From contig NC_086097.1 of the NCBI RefSeq assembly GCF_963921235.1, positions 209,376,001 to 209,440,000 of the forward strand: 64,000 nucleotides of DNA, in the 5' to 3' direction. Positions 50,265-62,000 of the stretch are shown here, piece by piece; within the stretch, counting starts at the first letter, position 1; every line of letters starts with the position of its first letter. The notes under the pieces were generated by a model. The model searched no databases. It was given only the letters and a program-made list of their open reading frames with translations, and was not told the origin of the DNA. This stretch comes from Mobula hypostoma (lineage: Eukaryota). A program made the translations under genes and the position numbers.

Positions 50265-52060
50265 TGGACCATAGGACTATAATAGGAGCAGACTATGAGA
50301 CATAGGAGCAGACTTAGGACATTTGCCGCATTGAATCTGCTTTACCTCCCCTATATTCCATTCTCCTGCCTTCTCCCTGTAACCTTTGACAACCTTACCA
50401 TTCAAGAATCTATCAAACTCCACTTTATACTTAATGACTTGGGCTGCACAGCCTTCCATGGCAATGAGTTCTACAGATTCACCACACTCTGAGTAAAGAA
50501 ACACCTCCTTATCTCTTTTCCCTGTATTCTGAGGCTATGCCTTCTTTCCCTAGATTCCCCCACTATAGGAAACCTCCTCTTCACGTCTACACCATCTAGG
50601 CCTTTCAATATTTGATAGGTTTCAATAAGATCCCCTATGATTCCTCTAAGCTCCAGGGAGTACAGGCCTATAGCCATCAAACAATACCGACACAGTTTGC
50701 AATCCTTCAAATTCAGTCTGACCAATGTTTTATAAAGCCTCAGCATTACATGCTTTGTTTTTATATTCATCCTCTTGAAATGCATACTTCAGGATGATCT
50801 TTATCGACTACACCTTGGCATTCAATACTATCATCCTTCAAAACTAATCAATAAGCTTCAAAACTTGTAGATCCCAGTCAGTTCAAATTGGCAACAGCAT
50901 CTGCTCCACGAACTCCATCGGCACAGGTGCACCATAAAGCTGTGTGCTTAGCCCTTTGCTCTACCCACTTTGCACTTATGACTGTATGGCTAAGCACAGC
51001 TCCAATGCCACATTTAAGTTGTCTGACGTCTCCACTGTTATAGGCTGAATCAAAGGTGGTGGCAAGTCAGCATGAAGGAGGGAGATTGAAAATCTGGCTG
51101 AGTGGTGCTACTAGTCAATACCTCTCACTCAATGTCAGCATGACCAAGGAGCTAATTATTGACTTCAGGAGGAGAAAATCAGGTGTCCATGAGCCAGTCC
51201 TCATCAGCGATCAGAGATGGAGAGGATCAGCAACTTTAAATTCCTTGGTGTTATTATTTCAGAGGACTTGTCCTAGGCCTGGCATGTAAATGCAACTATG
51301 AAGAAAGCACAACATGGCCTCTACTTCCTTAGAATGTTGCAAAGATTCAGCATGACATCTAAAACTTTGGTAAACATCTATAGACATGTGGTGGAGAGTG
51401 TATTGACTGGCTGCATCACAGTCTGGTATAAAAACAACAATGCCCTAGAATGGGAAAATCCTACGAGAAGTAGAGGATATAGCCCAGTCCATCATGGGTA
51501 AAGCCCTCCCCACCAGTGAGCACATCTACAAGGAGCTTTGTTGCGGGAAAGCAGGATCCATCAGCTGGGACCCCCATCATTCAGGTCATCAGGTCATGCT
51601 CTCTTCTCGCTGCTGCTATCAGGAAGAAGGTACTGAAGCCTCAGGACTCACACTACCAGTTATTACCCCTCAACCATCTGGCTCTTGAACCAAAGGAAAT
51701 ATCTTGCCTCAACTTCACTTTCCCCTTCACTGAACTGTTCCCACAACCTATAGATTCACTTTAAAGGATTCTCGATATTTATTGCTTATTTATTTATGTA
51801 TTTCCTTTTTGTATTTGCACAGTTTGTTGTCTTTTGTACTCCAGTTGTCTGTCCTGTGGGTGTAGTCTTTCATTGATCCTACTATTGCTATTGGATTTAT
51901 CAAGTATCCCCACAATAAAATGAATCTGAGGGTTGCATATGGTAATATATATGTACTTGATAATAAATTTACTTTGAACTTTGAACTTTGAGTGCTACCA
52001 TTGCAATTGCCTCCTTTACTACCAATAAACCTGTAAGTTAATCATTGAAATGCTGAATCC
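50265..52060 (-). mobile_element. CR1 3' part (50265-50790, resumes about 51991-52060) split by Rex1
   Basis: MLRLYKTLVR...GLYSLELRGIIGDLIETYQILKGLD. The consensus continues after the Rex1 tail. Confidence 0.75.
50795..51990 (+). mobile_element. Rex1-type LINE 3' half
   Basis: FIDYTLAFNT, LSLNVSMTKELIIDFRR and KKAQHGLYFLRML..VVESVLTGCITVWY. AATAAATTTACTTTGAACTTTGAAC tail. Confidence 0.85.
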
Positions 52061-53567
52061 TGTTGTCTCAGAAAGCCTTCAGAAAGTCTCTAGGTAAGCT
52101 AGTACTATCGATAATGCAATCCATATTTACTACCTTTCATCCTAAAATGTACTTTCAGGTATGACTAATGATAGTACATGTCATTAATTTCTACACCATA
52201 GTAAACCATAGATAACATTTGATTTTAGCCTCATGGCACTTTAAAAAACATTCTGAAAACTGACTAAATGAATAGTTATGCAGGGTTTCTATAACACATT
52301 GCTGGAGGTTAATTTTCTGTGCAAGAAATTGGGGAGATGGCAACTGAAAGTTCATTTCAAAAGTATCATGTACTACAACAGCATTCCCCTATGACATAAC
52401 AACCCCTCCCCCATTAAATAAATAAAAAGGGTCAGGAATTTGCAATTTTTGGCATACTGTGCCAAATAATATTGTGAAAAATAAGTAAGGAGAGTAGCCA
52501 ATACTGTGCAAGTTTCTCTTCATTTAAATTTGTGTCTTCCAAGGAACCGCAGAAAATAATATCAATGAATGTTAGAAATTCTAATAAATGAGATTAAGAA
52601 ATAATGTTAAATTCTGTTTTTTCAGACATCTTGCCATTTCCTCTGATTAATAAGTAGCATAATTTTTGTTCTACACAATAATTTGGATGCTGGTGCTCCA
52701 TAAACAGCCAAATTAGTCAAGTATTGATTACTTGATCTGAGCAGTACAATTAGGATGACACACAGAAATAAGAATGAAAAGGGCTCATTCCTTAGAATCA
52801 CTCACACACAATCAAAATTGGTCCTTATAAATGACAGCTCCAGATGTAGATATACTGATTCAGGTGAACACTTTACCTTTGAATGTTTCTTTAGTTAAAA
52901 TGTTCTTTTTTGAAGGGGAGATTACATTTTGCCCTCATCAGCTTGTACCTAAGATACATTTAAAGTGACTACTTATACTATACCGGAACATCCCAATAAC
53001 ATTTTCTCTGCTGATAGAAGTTAATTTGTTTGTATTGGGATCGAAAATTAATTAAATACTTATTTGGCACAGTGTTAATTGTGGTTTGACCAATAGTTCA
53101 ACTTCATTGGCATTTAGACAGATGCATGGATGGGGAGGAAATTAGGAGTTACTGATCATCTGCAGGCTGATATGCAGCTTAACTTGGCATCATGGATGAC
53201 ACAGATATTGTGAACCAAAGGGCTCATCTGGATCTGCATTATTCTGTGCTGTATGGTCATGATGCTGATAGATGGTGATAAAGAATGTATAGGAATGAGT
53301 ACCACCGATTATATTCACCCACTGCTATAAGATTTCTAGTATGATAAATTGGACTCTTAACCTCACAATCTACCTCCTTAAGATCTTGAATTTTATTGTG
53401 TACCTGCATTGCACATTCTCTGTAGTTGTTATACTTTATTTTGTAGTGTTACTGTTATACCATGTTCTACCTTAATGTACCTTGTAATGATCTGGCTTTT
53501 ATGAACAGTATGCAAGACAAGCTTTTCACTGTGTCTCGGTACATGTAACAATAATAAAGCAATTCCA

Positions 53568-53905
53568 ATTAGATTAGATTAGATTATGAGGACACTCAGT
53601 CCTCGTTTATTGTCATTTAGAAATGCATGCATTAAAAAATGATACAGTCTTCCTCCAGAATGATATCACAAGAAACACAGGACAAACCAAGACTAAAACT
53701 GACAAAACCACATAATTATAACATATAGTTACAATAGTGCAAAGCAATACTGAAATTTGATGAAGAGCAGACCATGGCCACGGTAAAAAAAAGTCTCAAT
53801 TCCTGATAGCCCAATCATCTCACGCAGACAGTAGAAGGGAGAAACTCTCCCTGCCATTACCCTCTAAGCACCGCAAACTCACTGATGCATTGGAAGCACC
53901 CAACC
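53568..53905 (-). mobile_element. Family A element, 5'-truncated
   Basis: Same (AATCT)n tail, GAGGAC..GTCCTC hairpin and ATGCATGCAT block as 6489 and 54019. Confidence 0.8.
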
Positions 53906-56120
53906 CCTAAGTTGCAAGAGGCAGGCCTTTTCTGATTGGCTGATGGTGACTAGTGGTTTGCCGCAAGGGTTGGTGTCGGGCATGCTTCTTTTCACATTGC
54001 ATGTCAATTATTGTTTTTTTAGATTAGATTATGAGGACACTCAGTCCTCATTTATTGTCATTTAGGAATGCATGCATTAAGAAATGACTCAATATTCCTC
54101 CAGAGTGATATCACAAAAAAAAAACAGGACAAACCAAAGGCTGACACTGACAAGACCACATAATTATAACATATAGTTACAGCAGTGCAAAGCAATACCA
54201 TAATTTGATAAAGAGCAGACCATGGGCACTGTAAAAAGAAGTCTCAAAGTTCCGATCGACTCCTAATAGTCCCCGATAGCAGGCAGCAGAAGGGAAAAAC
54301 TTTCCCTGCCATAAACCTCCAGGCACCGACAACTGTCGATGCATTGGAAGCACCCAATCACAGCTGACTCTGAGTCCGTCCGGAAACTTCGAGCCTCCGA
54401 CCAGCCCTTCGACACCGAGCACTGAGCACCATCTCTGCCAAGCGCTTCGACCCCGTCCCGGCCGCCAAGCAACAAGCAAAGCCGAGGACTCCAGGCCTTC
54501 CCCTCCAGAGATTCTGGATCACACAGCAGCAGCGGCAGCGAAAAAGGCATTTCAGAAGTTTCTCCAGATGTTCCTCCATTGTCTCATGTCTTCTCCATCA
54601 AATCAGGATTGTGCATGGCACCCTACTTGACAGATTACAGATATCATTCACCGGAGTGGCCGCGCAAGCTGTGTCACGCCGCCATCTTCTCCTCCTCCTC
54701 CATGGATTTGGATGAAAAATTGATGGCTTTGTGGCAAAGTTTTGAGGCAATACAAAGATAGGTGAAAGGGCAGGTTGTGTAAATGAAGCTGTGTGTCTGC
54801 AGAAGGGCATAAACAGATTGAAGGAATAGGCAAGTGACAGATGGAATATAATGTAGGGAAGTGCATGGTCATGCGCTTTAGCAGGAGAAATAAAGGCATG
54901 GACTATTTTGTAAAGGGGGAAAAAACTGAAAAATCAAAGGTGCAGAGGGACTTGGGAGTCCTCAAGAAAGATTCCCTAAAGGTTAACTTGCCGGTTGAGT
55001 CGGTGGTAAGGAAGGCAGATGCAATCTTAGTATTCATTTAGAGAGGAATAGGATATAAGAGCAAGGTGTGATGTTGAAGTTTTATAAAGCATTGGGCAAA
55101 CCACAGTTCAAATATCGTGAGCAGTTTTGGGCCCCTTATCTAAGAAAGGATGTGCTGGCATTGGAGAGAGTCCAAAGGAGGTTCATGAGAATGATCCCAG
55201 GAATGCAAGGGTTAAAATATGAGGAGCATTTCATGGCTCTGGGTCTGTATTCGCTAGGGTTTAGAAGAATGAGGGGTGAATAAGGGGGTTTCTGATTGAA
55301 GCTTATCAAATATTGAGAAGTCTGAATCGAGTGGATGTAGAGAGGATGTTTCATATGAGGGTTATCATACAAAGTATGTTTGATAGCTCTGGGTCTGTAC
55401 TTGCTGAAATTTGGAAGGATAAGTGGGGATCTCATTGAAATCTTTTGAATGTTGGAAGTCCTAGATGGAGTAGATGTGAAAAGGATGTTCCTCATGGCCA
55501 GGGAGTTTAGGACAAGAGGGCACAGCCTCAGGATAGAGGTGTGTCCATTTAAAACAGAGATGCAGAGAAATTTCTTTAGCCAGACAGTGGTGAATTTGTG
55601 AAATTTATTTCTAGAGGCAGCTGAGGAGGCCAGGTCATTGGGTGTATTTAAGGCGGAGCTTGATAGGTTCTCGATTGGACACAGCATCGAAGGTTATGGA
55701 GAGAAGGCCGGGGAGTGGGGTTCAGAAGGGGAAAAAAGGATCAGCCATGATTGAATAGAACAGACTTGATGGGCAAAATGGCCAAATTCTGCTCCTATGT
55801 CTTATGGTCTTTCCCATAGTGGGGGAGTATTGGAGCAGAGGGCACAGCCTCAGAATTGAGGGATATTCATTTAGAACAGAGATAAGGAAAAATTTCTTTA
55901 GCCAGAGGATGGTGAATCTGTGGAATTCTTTGTCACAGACGGCTGTGCAGGCCAAGTCATTTGGTATATTTAATGAGAAGGTTAATAGGTTATTGATTAA
56001 TCAGCATGGCAAAGGATGCAGAGAGAAGGCAGGAAGATGAAGTTGAGAGAGCTAATAAATCAGCCTCGATGGAATGGTGGAGCAGACTCGATGGGCTGAT
56101 TGACCTAACTCTGCTCCTAG
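53906..56120 (+). mobile_element. CR1 RT/3' region with repeated 3' segments, split by a family A element
   Basis: VTSGLPQGLV..., MEYNVGKCMV and FWAPYLRKDVLALERVQRRFMRMIPG. The GLY.L.F..RG segment occurs twice (about 55210-55350 and 55357-55490). A second 3' end follows the TCTTATGGTCT tail at 55811. Confidence 0.85.
54019..54701 (-). mobile_element. Family A element, full length, nested in CR1
   Basis: The 5' end is GGAGGAGGAGGAGAAGATGGCGGCG. Colinear with 6489-7125. Confidence 0.85.
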
Positions 56121-56362
56121 GACTTACGAGTGTGACTATCTACTCTCAGACTTCCTGCAGGAGGATCCCTCCAGGCTCTTGTCAAAGGTTTATGCAGGAT
56201 TTCATAACTGACTGTTCATAAACAATTCAGCTTCATAACATACACTATGTATACCAGGGTTACAATTACAAAATTTCTCCATAAATGAAGGCAACATAAC
56301 CTTCAGATTTTACAATACTGTATTGCCTTGTTTTTAAATAGGTACAGTACATTGTATTCAAA

Positions 56363-56480
56363 AGCAACCTACACAAAATGCTGGAGGAACTCAGCAGATC
56401 AGGCTGCATCCATGGAAATGAACAAACAGTTGCTGTTCAGGCCGAGACCCTTCTTCGGGACTGACTGGACATTTTGTGCT
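56363..56480 (-). mobile_element. Penelope terminal fragment with partial hammerhead
   Basis: GCAACCTACACAAAATGCTGGAGGAACTCAGCAG...CAGGCCGAGACCCTTCTTCGGGACTG. Confidence 0.7.
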
Positions 56481-56888
56481 GGTTTCCATTTATGTGGCTC
56501 CCCAGACATTTTAACCTGGTTGAAATGTGTTCACTCTATTTACACACAGGTTGTATGCAAGCATGTACAATCAGATTTGTACAAGATTGTAAAGTAGTTT
56601 CCATGTTGTATTTAACCTGAAGCAGTCCATCCTCCTAATAAGTTCAAAACTACAATGAAACTGGACTGATTTTTAGGATTGTGGTATGAGAGGCCAATTA
56701 CAAGGGATTGACCTGAAACATTATTTCTCTTTCCATAGGTCCTTCCTGACCAGCTGATGTTCTTAGCACATGCATTTGTCTCTTTTTTTTTCAGTTTTCG
56801 GCATGAGAGTTGCCTGATGATACTTCTTGGGGATCTGTGCCTTTAATTACATTTCTGTGCCTCTTCACGGTTGTTCCTCGCTGTACTG

Positions 56889-57257
56889 AACTACTATCTC
56901 TTTAACAATCTTCCTATATTTTTTAATAGCTGGTCTCCAATATTTAGCCAATAACAGCTAGCCTCCAACAGTCACTCCCTAATTACTAGCCCCAACAGCT
57001 AATCCCAAATAATTTGTTCCTAACAGTTTATCACTGACACTTACCATCTAACCACTAATCTTTAACAATTAGTTCCTAATAAACAATAACTAATAGCTAG
57101 CCCTTAACAACTAGTCTTTAATAGCTAATCTTTAAAAGCTAATCTTTATCTTTAGCCTCAAACAATTAATTCTTAACAAATAGGCCCAAACAACTAATTG
57201 CTAACAATCAATCACATGTAGCTAATCTTAATAGCTATTCCTTAATGGGTTGTCCCT
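56889..57257. repeat. Highly diverged 14-bp minisatellite (about 25 units)
   Basis: Successive 14-mers include AACAGCTAGCCTCC, AACAGTCACTCCCT, AACAGCTAATCCCA, AACAATTAGTTCCT, AATAGCTAGCCCTT, AACAACTAGTCTTT and AATAGCTAATCTTT. Confidence 0.85.
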
Positions 57258-59747
57258 ATGCTATACTGAATATGCACTTTAGATAATTTGACTACTTGGG
57301 AAATAGTATATTCTCCAACTTCCCCACAACCCTGTTATTCAGAGTAGGCCCTTGATTGCCCATTCCACCTGTTAAAAAAACACTTATCATTTAGCAGTCT
57401 TAAATATTCCAATGTTCTGAGCAATAAAGTTATCTGAATCTGGAGAATATAACCAATATGTAAAATCCTACCTACACATTCTAGTGTGACTAAAAATCAT
57501 GGATTCTTCTTTTCACAGCAGGAAAGTGATAGAAACCCTTTGGTTTCAACAGAGATAGAGGCAAACAGCTCTCGTCCTGTGGCTGAGGTGCTCTAGGCCG
57601 ATAGTTGTGGAGTTTGAAGCCAGAGGATATCAGTTAACCACTCCATGTGTTAGGGACTTGAATACAAGCAGATGGGTTACTGATTGAGGGACAATCAGTC
57701 TGAAGGAGAAGTGTTTTCATTAGATATCCCATCACCATCATTTCTTCCATAATCCTGCATTTCATTGCTAGCAATGGGAGGATTAGTAGTTTATAACTAA
57801 GTTCCATACTATTAAATTTGTCATTATGTAATCATATGTGAATGTGATTCCCCATGTACCAACCTTGTGGCCAGTGTTTCTATGGATAGAGATATCATTG
57901 CAAAGATCTGCAACATGCTGGCTGGCAATTCGTGAATCAACTTCTAATATACCAGACTCTCTCTCCTTCCACACCCAATGAAACATCATATCTGACGGTG
58001 CATCAGGGACACAGTTACATAACGCTGCTTCCTTGGTGTAAAAGAAGATCTCTTCTGTGTAGGAATTGTGCAGTCTTCTGCTGGTGAAGGGTCCAAGAAA
58101 AAATAAATACACTTCAGTAGATGAATGCCACTACTGTTGTTATGATCATTTGGCACCTACCACTGTCATCAAGAGAAGAGAATATGTCTTGTATGCAGTG
58201 TGACTGCATGTGATAGAATTATTTCAGCAGGCTGGTGTAGACACTCATCCACTGTCTTCATTCAGGACTAATTATCTCAGTTGCTCTCTTTCCATTGATT
58301 CTGCCTGACCTGCTGAGTGTTTCCACCATTTTCAGTTTTTAATTAATTCTGACATGCTGGGTATCTCTTGTGTACGTATTAATTAGCTGATGGCTAGTGG
58401 CCATCTCTTTGTCTCCCTGGTTTTCTGTGCCCTCCTCCTGCAAGTAGGAAATGACCAGGCTGGAATTTGGAGTACAGTGGGACACAATGAATGGATAGAT
58501 GAATGGGGAAGATTGGTTGGCAGTAACTACGAGGGGTCAGCAAGACACTGCATAAAAAGTAAGCTTGAATATCAGTGAGGTTGGCCAACAGGGAATGCAT
58601 GAAAAGTGCACAAACAAAACAGTATTATGTATCTAAAAATGAGTTTGTGTGAGAAATGATGTGCTTGAGTAGGAGACTTCAGAGGGCAAAATAAGTGGCA
58701 TTAGGTAATGTGCACATCAGGCTATAATTGAATGTGCAACTGCACCTAATTTTCCAGAGACAGTTAAATTGCTCTTGGCAATGAATTCAGGAGAACGATC
58801 CTATAGCCAACTCTAGCTACATCTTTACAGGTACTGCTAGCTGTCTCTCTTTAGAGGATGAATTATTACCCTGTGGCCAATGCCCTCCTCTCCAGCATGA
58901 TGCCAAGCAATATTTTGTAGAGTCTTGAAGATCCTTGTTATATGTGCTGTTCATCTTCTTCACTCTTGAGTCATCATCTTGAATTGATAAAATATAAACT
59001 TTGCACTCATAAAATGTAAACTTTGTATGATGGATCTGAATTGAACTATACAGTATGTCAACATTGTGCGGTCTGTATACATCAGTTCGATTGCTCTGGA
59101 AACCTAGAAATTATATGTTAATCCTATAGCAATGTTCAATAATCTCTAGTAAACACACAGTTGAGAACTTCTGTCATCCTGCCTGCCAGTAGCCATGCTG
59201 ATTCCCATGCATCAGAAAGTTAAAACCCATCCAAATGCTTCATACCAGATCTGGAGATACACATTGATATTTTCCAGCTTCTCTAAATTTGTTTCACGCA
59301 TCTGACTATTTCAGCATCAGACTTTTATCATTCTTTTTAAATTCCTTATCTGCTCTGTGGGAGCTGAAGTGCTTTCTGAATGCCAGAGTGAAATCTTTAG
59401 CATCTCCCGTTGAGAGATCGCTCTGTTTTACTCATGGAGACCCATTCAAGAAAGTTCAGCAGTCAGTCCATACACTTATTTCAGTAGCATTGGGTGGTCT
59501 GTGAGGCACAACATGCAGCCCTATGAAATCCGTATGGAACTTACTGGCTGCCAGAAAATCTTCTAGGAGCCCTGTTGACAAAATGACCCAGTCAAGCAGT
59601 CTCATTTCAAAAGTAAAATCCTGGCGATTCTATGAAGATTTTTTACCTTAAACTACCCATGTGGATACTTCATAACTATATTGTTAACACTTTTTTTTCC
59701 AACTGCAAAATTTAACTTTTCTAATAACACTTTTACCATTGATTCAG

Positions 59748-59902
59748 TTGTGGAATATAATGTTCATATATATACTGGAGAAATGGCAAATGCAAGTGCT
59801 GTTGGAACAGCCTTCATTATTGTGCATGGGGACAAAGGAGATTCTGGAGAACAATGGCTGACAAAATCTAATTCAGAAAGTGTTACGTTTTATAAAGGGA
59901 AG
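59748..59902 (+). CDS. PLAT/LH2-repeat protein, visible exon 7
   Basis: Acceptor gattcAG, donor GTaagt, phase 1-0, 155 nt (same length as exon 3). Reads (V)VEYNVHIYTGEMANASAVGTAFIIVHGDKGDSGEQWLTKSNSESVTFYKGK. Confidence 0.95.
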
Positions 59903-61214
59903 GTAAGTTTGAATAGATTAGCATCTCAGGATTTTTTCTATGATACTATGTTTGTTAATTATTTTGAATGTATTAATCCCGTAAAACAAAAAAAAATGCC
60001 CTGTAAATTTTCCATAGAATTTGCCTTTCTGTAATATTTGAGAAGCAGGATTTAGCTTTGGATATTTTGTTGGCATTGCTCTTTGAGAATCATGCTTTTC
60101 ACTAACACTTTAAAAATAATCTAACTGTTGGAACTTATAATACTGTCACATAATACATCATTCACATATATACAGATGATCAAGCACCAATTTTCAGAGG
60201 CAATTTTTCAATAATATCGACAAAGATAAAGAAGCCATTTATATTGCAAAAGCAAAAAATGCTGGATATGTAAAGAGAAATAGAGATAATGTTTTAGATC
60301 AAGAATGCTTTGTCAGAACTTTGGTTCTATTTCCACAGGTGCTGCTTGACTTGCTGAAGGTTTCCAGCATTTTCTGTTTTCATTTCAGGTTCCCAGAATC
60401 TCTAGCTTTATTGCTTTTTATCTCATTATTGTAATTCTCCAAGCCTAGGCATTCAAACAGAGTAAAGACTTCCAGGCACTCAGCTGCATCCAGACAAGAT
60501 GGTTTATCTTTAGTCATTCCAAAACCTTAGGAAGTGCAAGGGAAATGGCTCCCTATCCTTTTCAAAAATGACATGGGGAGACATAAAGAAAGAGAGAAAA
60601 AAAAGTACAATCTTTTTTTATGGAGGGAATTCATCAAATGGTGTATAAAACAGCTAAATTTCTATACTTAGTCTGTTATCGCTACATAATTTCAAGTTTA
60701 AACCACCCACCCCCTAAGTTCTTGTCTTAGATATTATTATGAATTTACTTAAAAAGGTCACTTAGAATTAATTTTCCATTAAAACAAGATTAATCATTAG
60801 ATGTGACATTTCAGTTTGAGTCCTGAATCTCGATTACATGAATGCATGTGATATTGACAAAGACAAATGGCCTCTGTGATAAACTGTTTTCAAAAGGAAT
60901 TGGTCTATTCAAATTTACCTCAATAGCCATGTGATTAACATTGACTATAAACAGTACATGAATAACATTATCCTTCTCCTGAATCCTGACATATAGAATA
61001 TAATTTGGAAATGAAGTTAAAATAATCAACAGAAATAAATTTAACTATTTTAATTGTACAATCCTTTAGACTAATTTTTAGTGATGATTATAATTTAGCC
61101 GTTCTGGAAGGGAGGCCTTTTCAGAAAATTTAGCATTCAGAATATCTTAATTAATTCCAATTATGTTTCTATCAGAAGCCTGAAATGTTTACATCCCAAC
61201 ACATAATCCAGTTT

Positions 61215-61469
61215 CAAACAAGAGAAAATCTGCAGATGCTGGAAATCCAAGCAACGCACACAAAATGCTGGAGGAACTCAGCAGGCCAGGCAGCATCTAT
61301 GGAAAAGAGTAAAACAGTCAATGGTTCGGGCCAAGACAATCCATGGAAAAGAGTGCAGTCGACATCTCGGACTGAGACCCTTGATGGTCTCGGCTCAAAA
61401 TGTTGATTGTACTCTTTTCCGTAGATGCTTCCTGGCCTGCTGAGTCATGTAGCATGTTATGTGTGTTGC
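61215..61469. mobile_element. Fold-back Penelope mini-element
   Basis: Inverted arms converge at GAGACCCTTGATGGTCTC. Target duplication ACATAATCCAGTTT (61201-61214) / ACATATTCCAATTT (61470-61483). 36-nt tail on the left arm only. Internal duplication of ATGGAAAAGAGT..CAGTC. Confidence 0.85.
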
Positions 61470-61844
61470 ACATATTCCAATTTAATCAATTTCAACATTA
61501 CTTTATGAAGGAGTATTTTTGCTATTATTAATTTCCTGTACTTTCAGATGGACACGTTCAAGTTCAGTGCAGTTTTCCTGGGTAAACTCTATCATATTAA
61601 TGTTGGCTACAAGGGTCAGAAAAAAGGTATGACCAACATACTTTATGAAGACAGTTTGAATAGCAATAACAGCATTAATGCAACTCAATAAACTTCTATT
61701 TAGTAGAGTTTGATCAATATGACACAGTTGTATGTACTATTTTTTGTAATATTGAATGAATTATGTAGTGCAGATTTGTAAATACAAAGCTTTCACATAT
61801 TTATTGTCATAGTTAACTAAACATTTTCTCTATTCATCCCACAC

Positions 61845-62000
61845 CAACATCATTAAAGCTGATTCTGTTGTCATTTTCACAATGCTTCATGTGGAACATT
61901 GTTTTGCAGAATTGGCTGCCACATCTCCTTCACTAGCTGTACTTTAAATTAACTGAGTTTGAGACATCTTATGGTTGCTAAAGATGCCATATATACCTAC
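61845..62000 (+). mobile_element. Possible ancient Deu-domain SINE remnant (SacSINE1/AmnSINE-like)
   Basis: GATTCTGTTGTCATTTTCACAATGCT..GTGGAAC.TTG..TGCAGAATTGGCTGCCACATCTCCT resembles the Deu-domain consensus as I recall it. Confidence 0.4.

Noticed and set aside
56889..57257. CRISPR-like array
   Set aside because: Contiguous 14-bp units without unique spacers, no cas genes, and a eukaryotic context.
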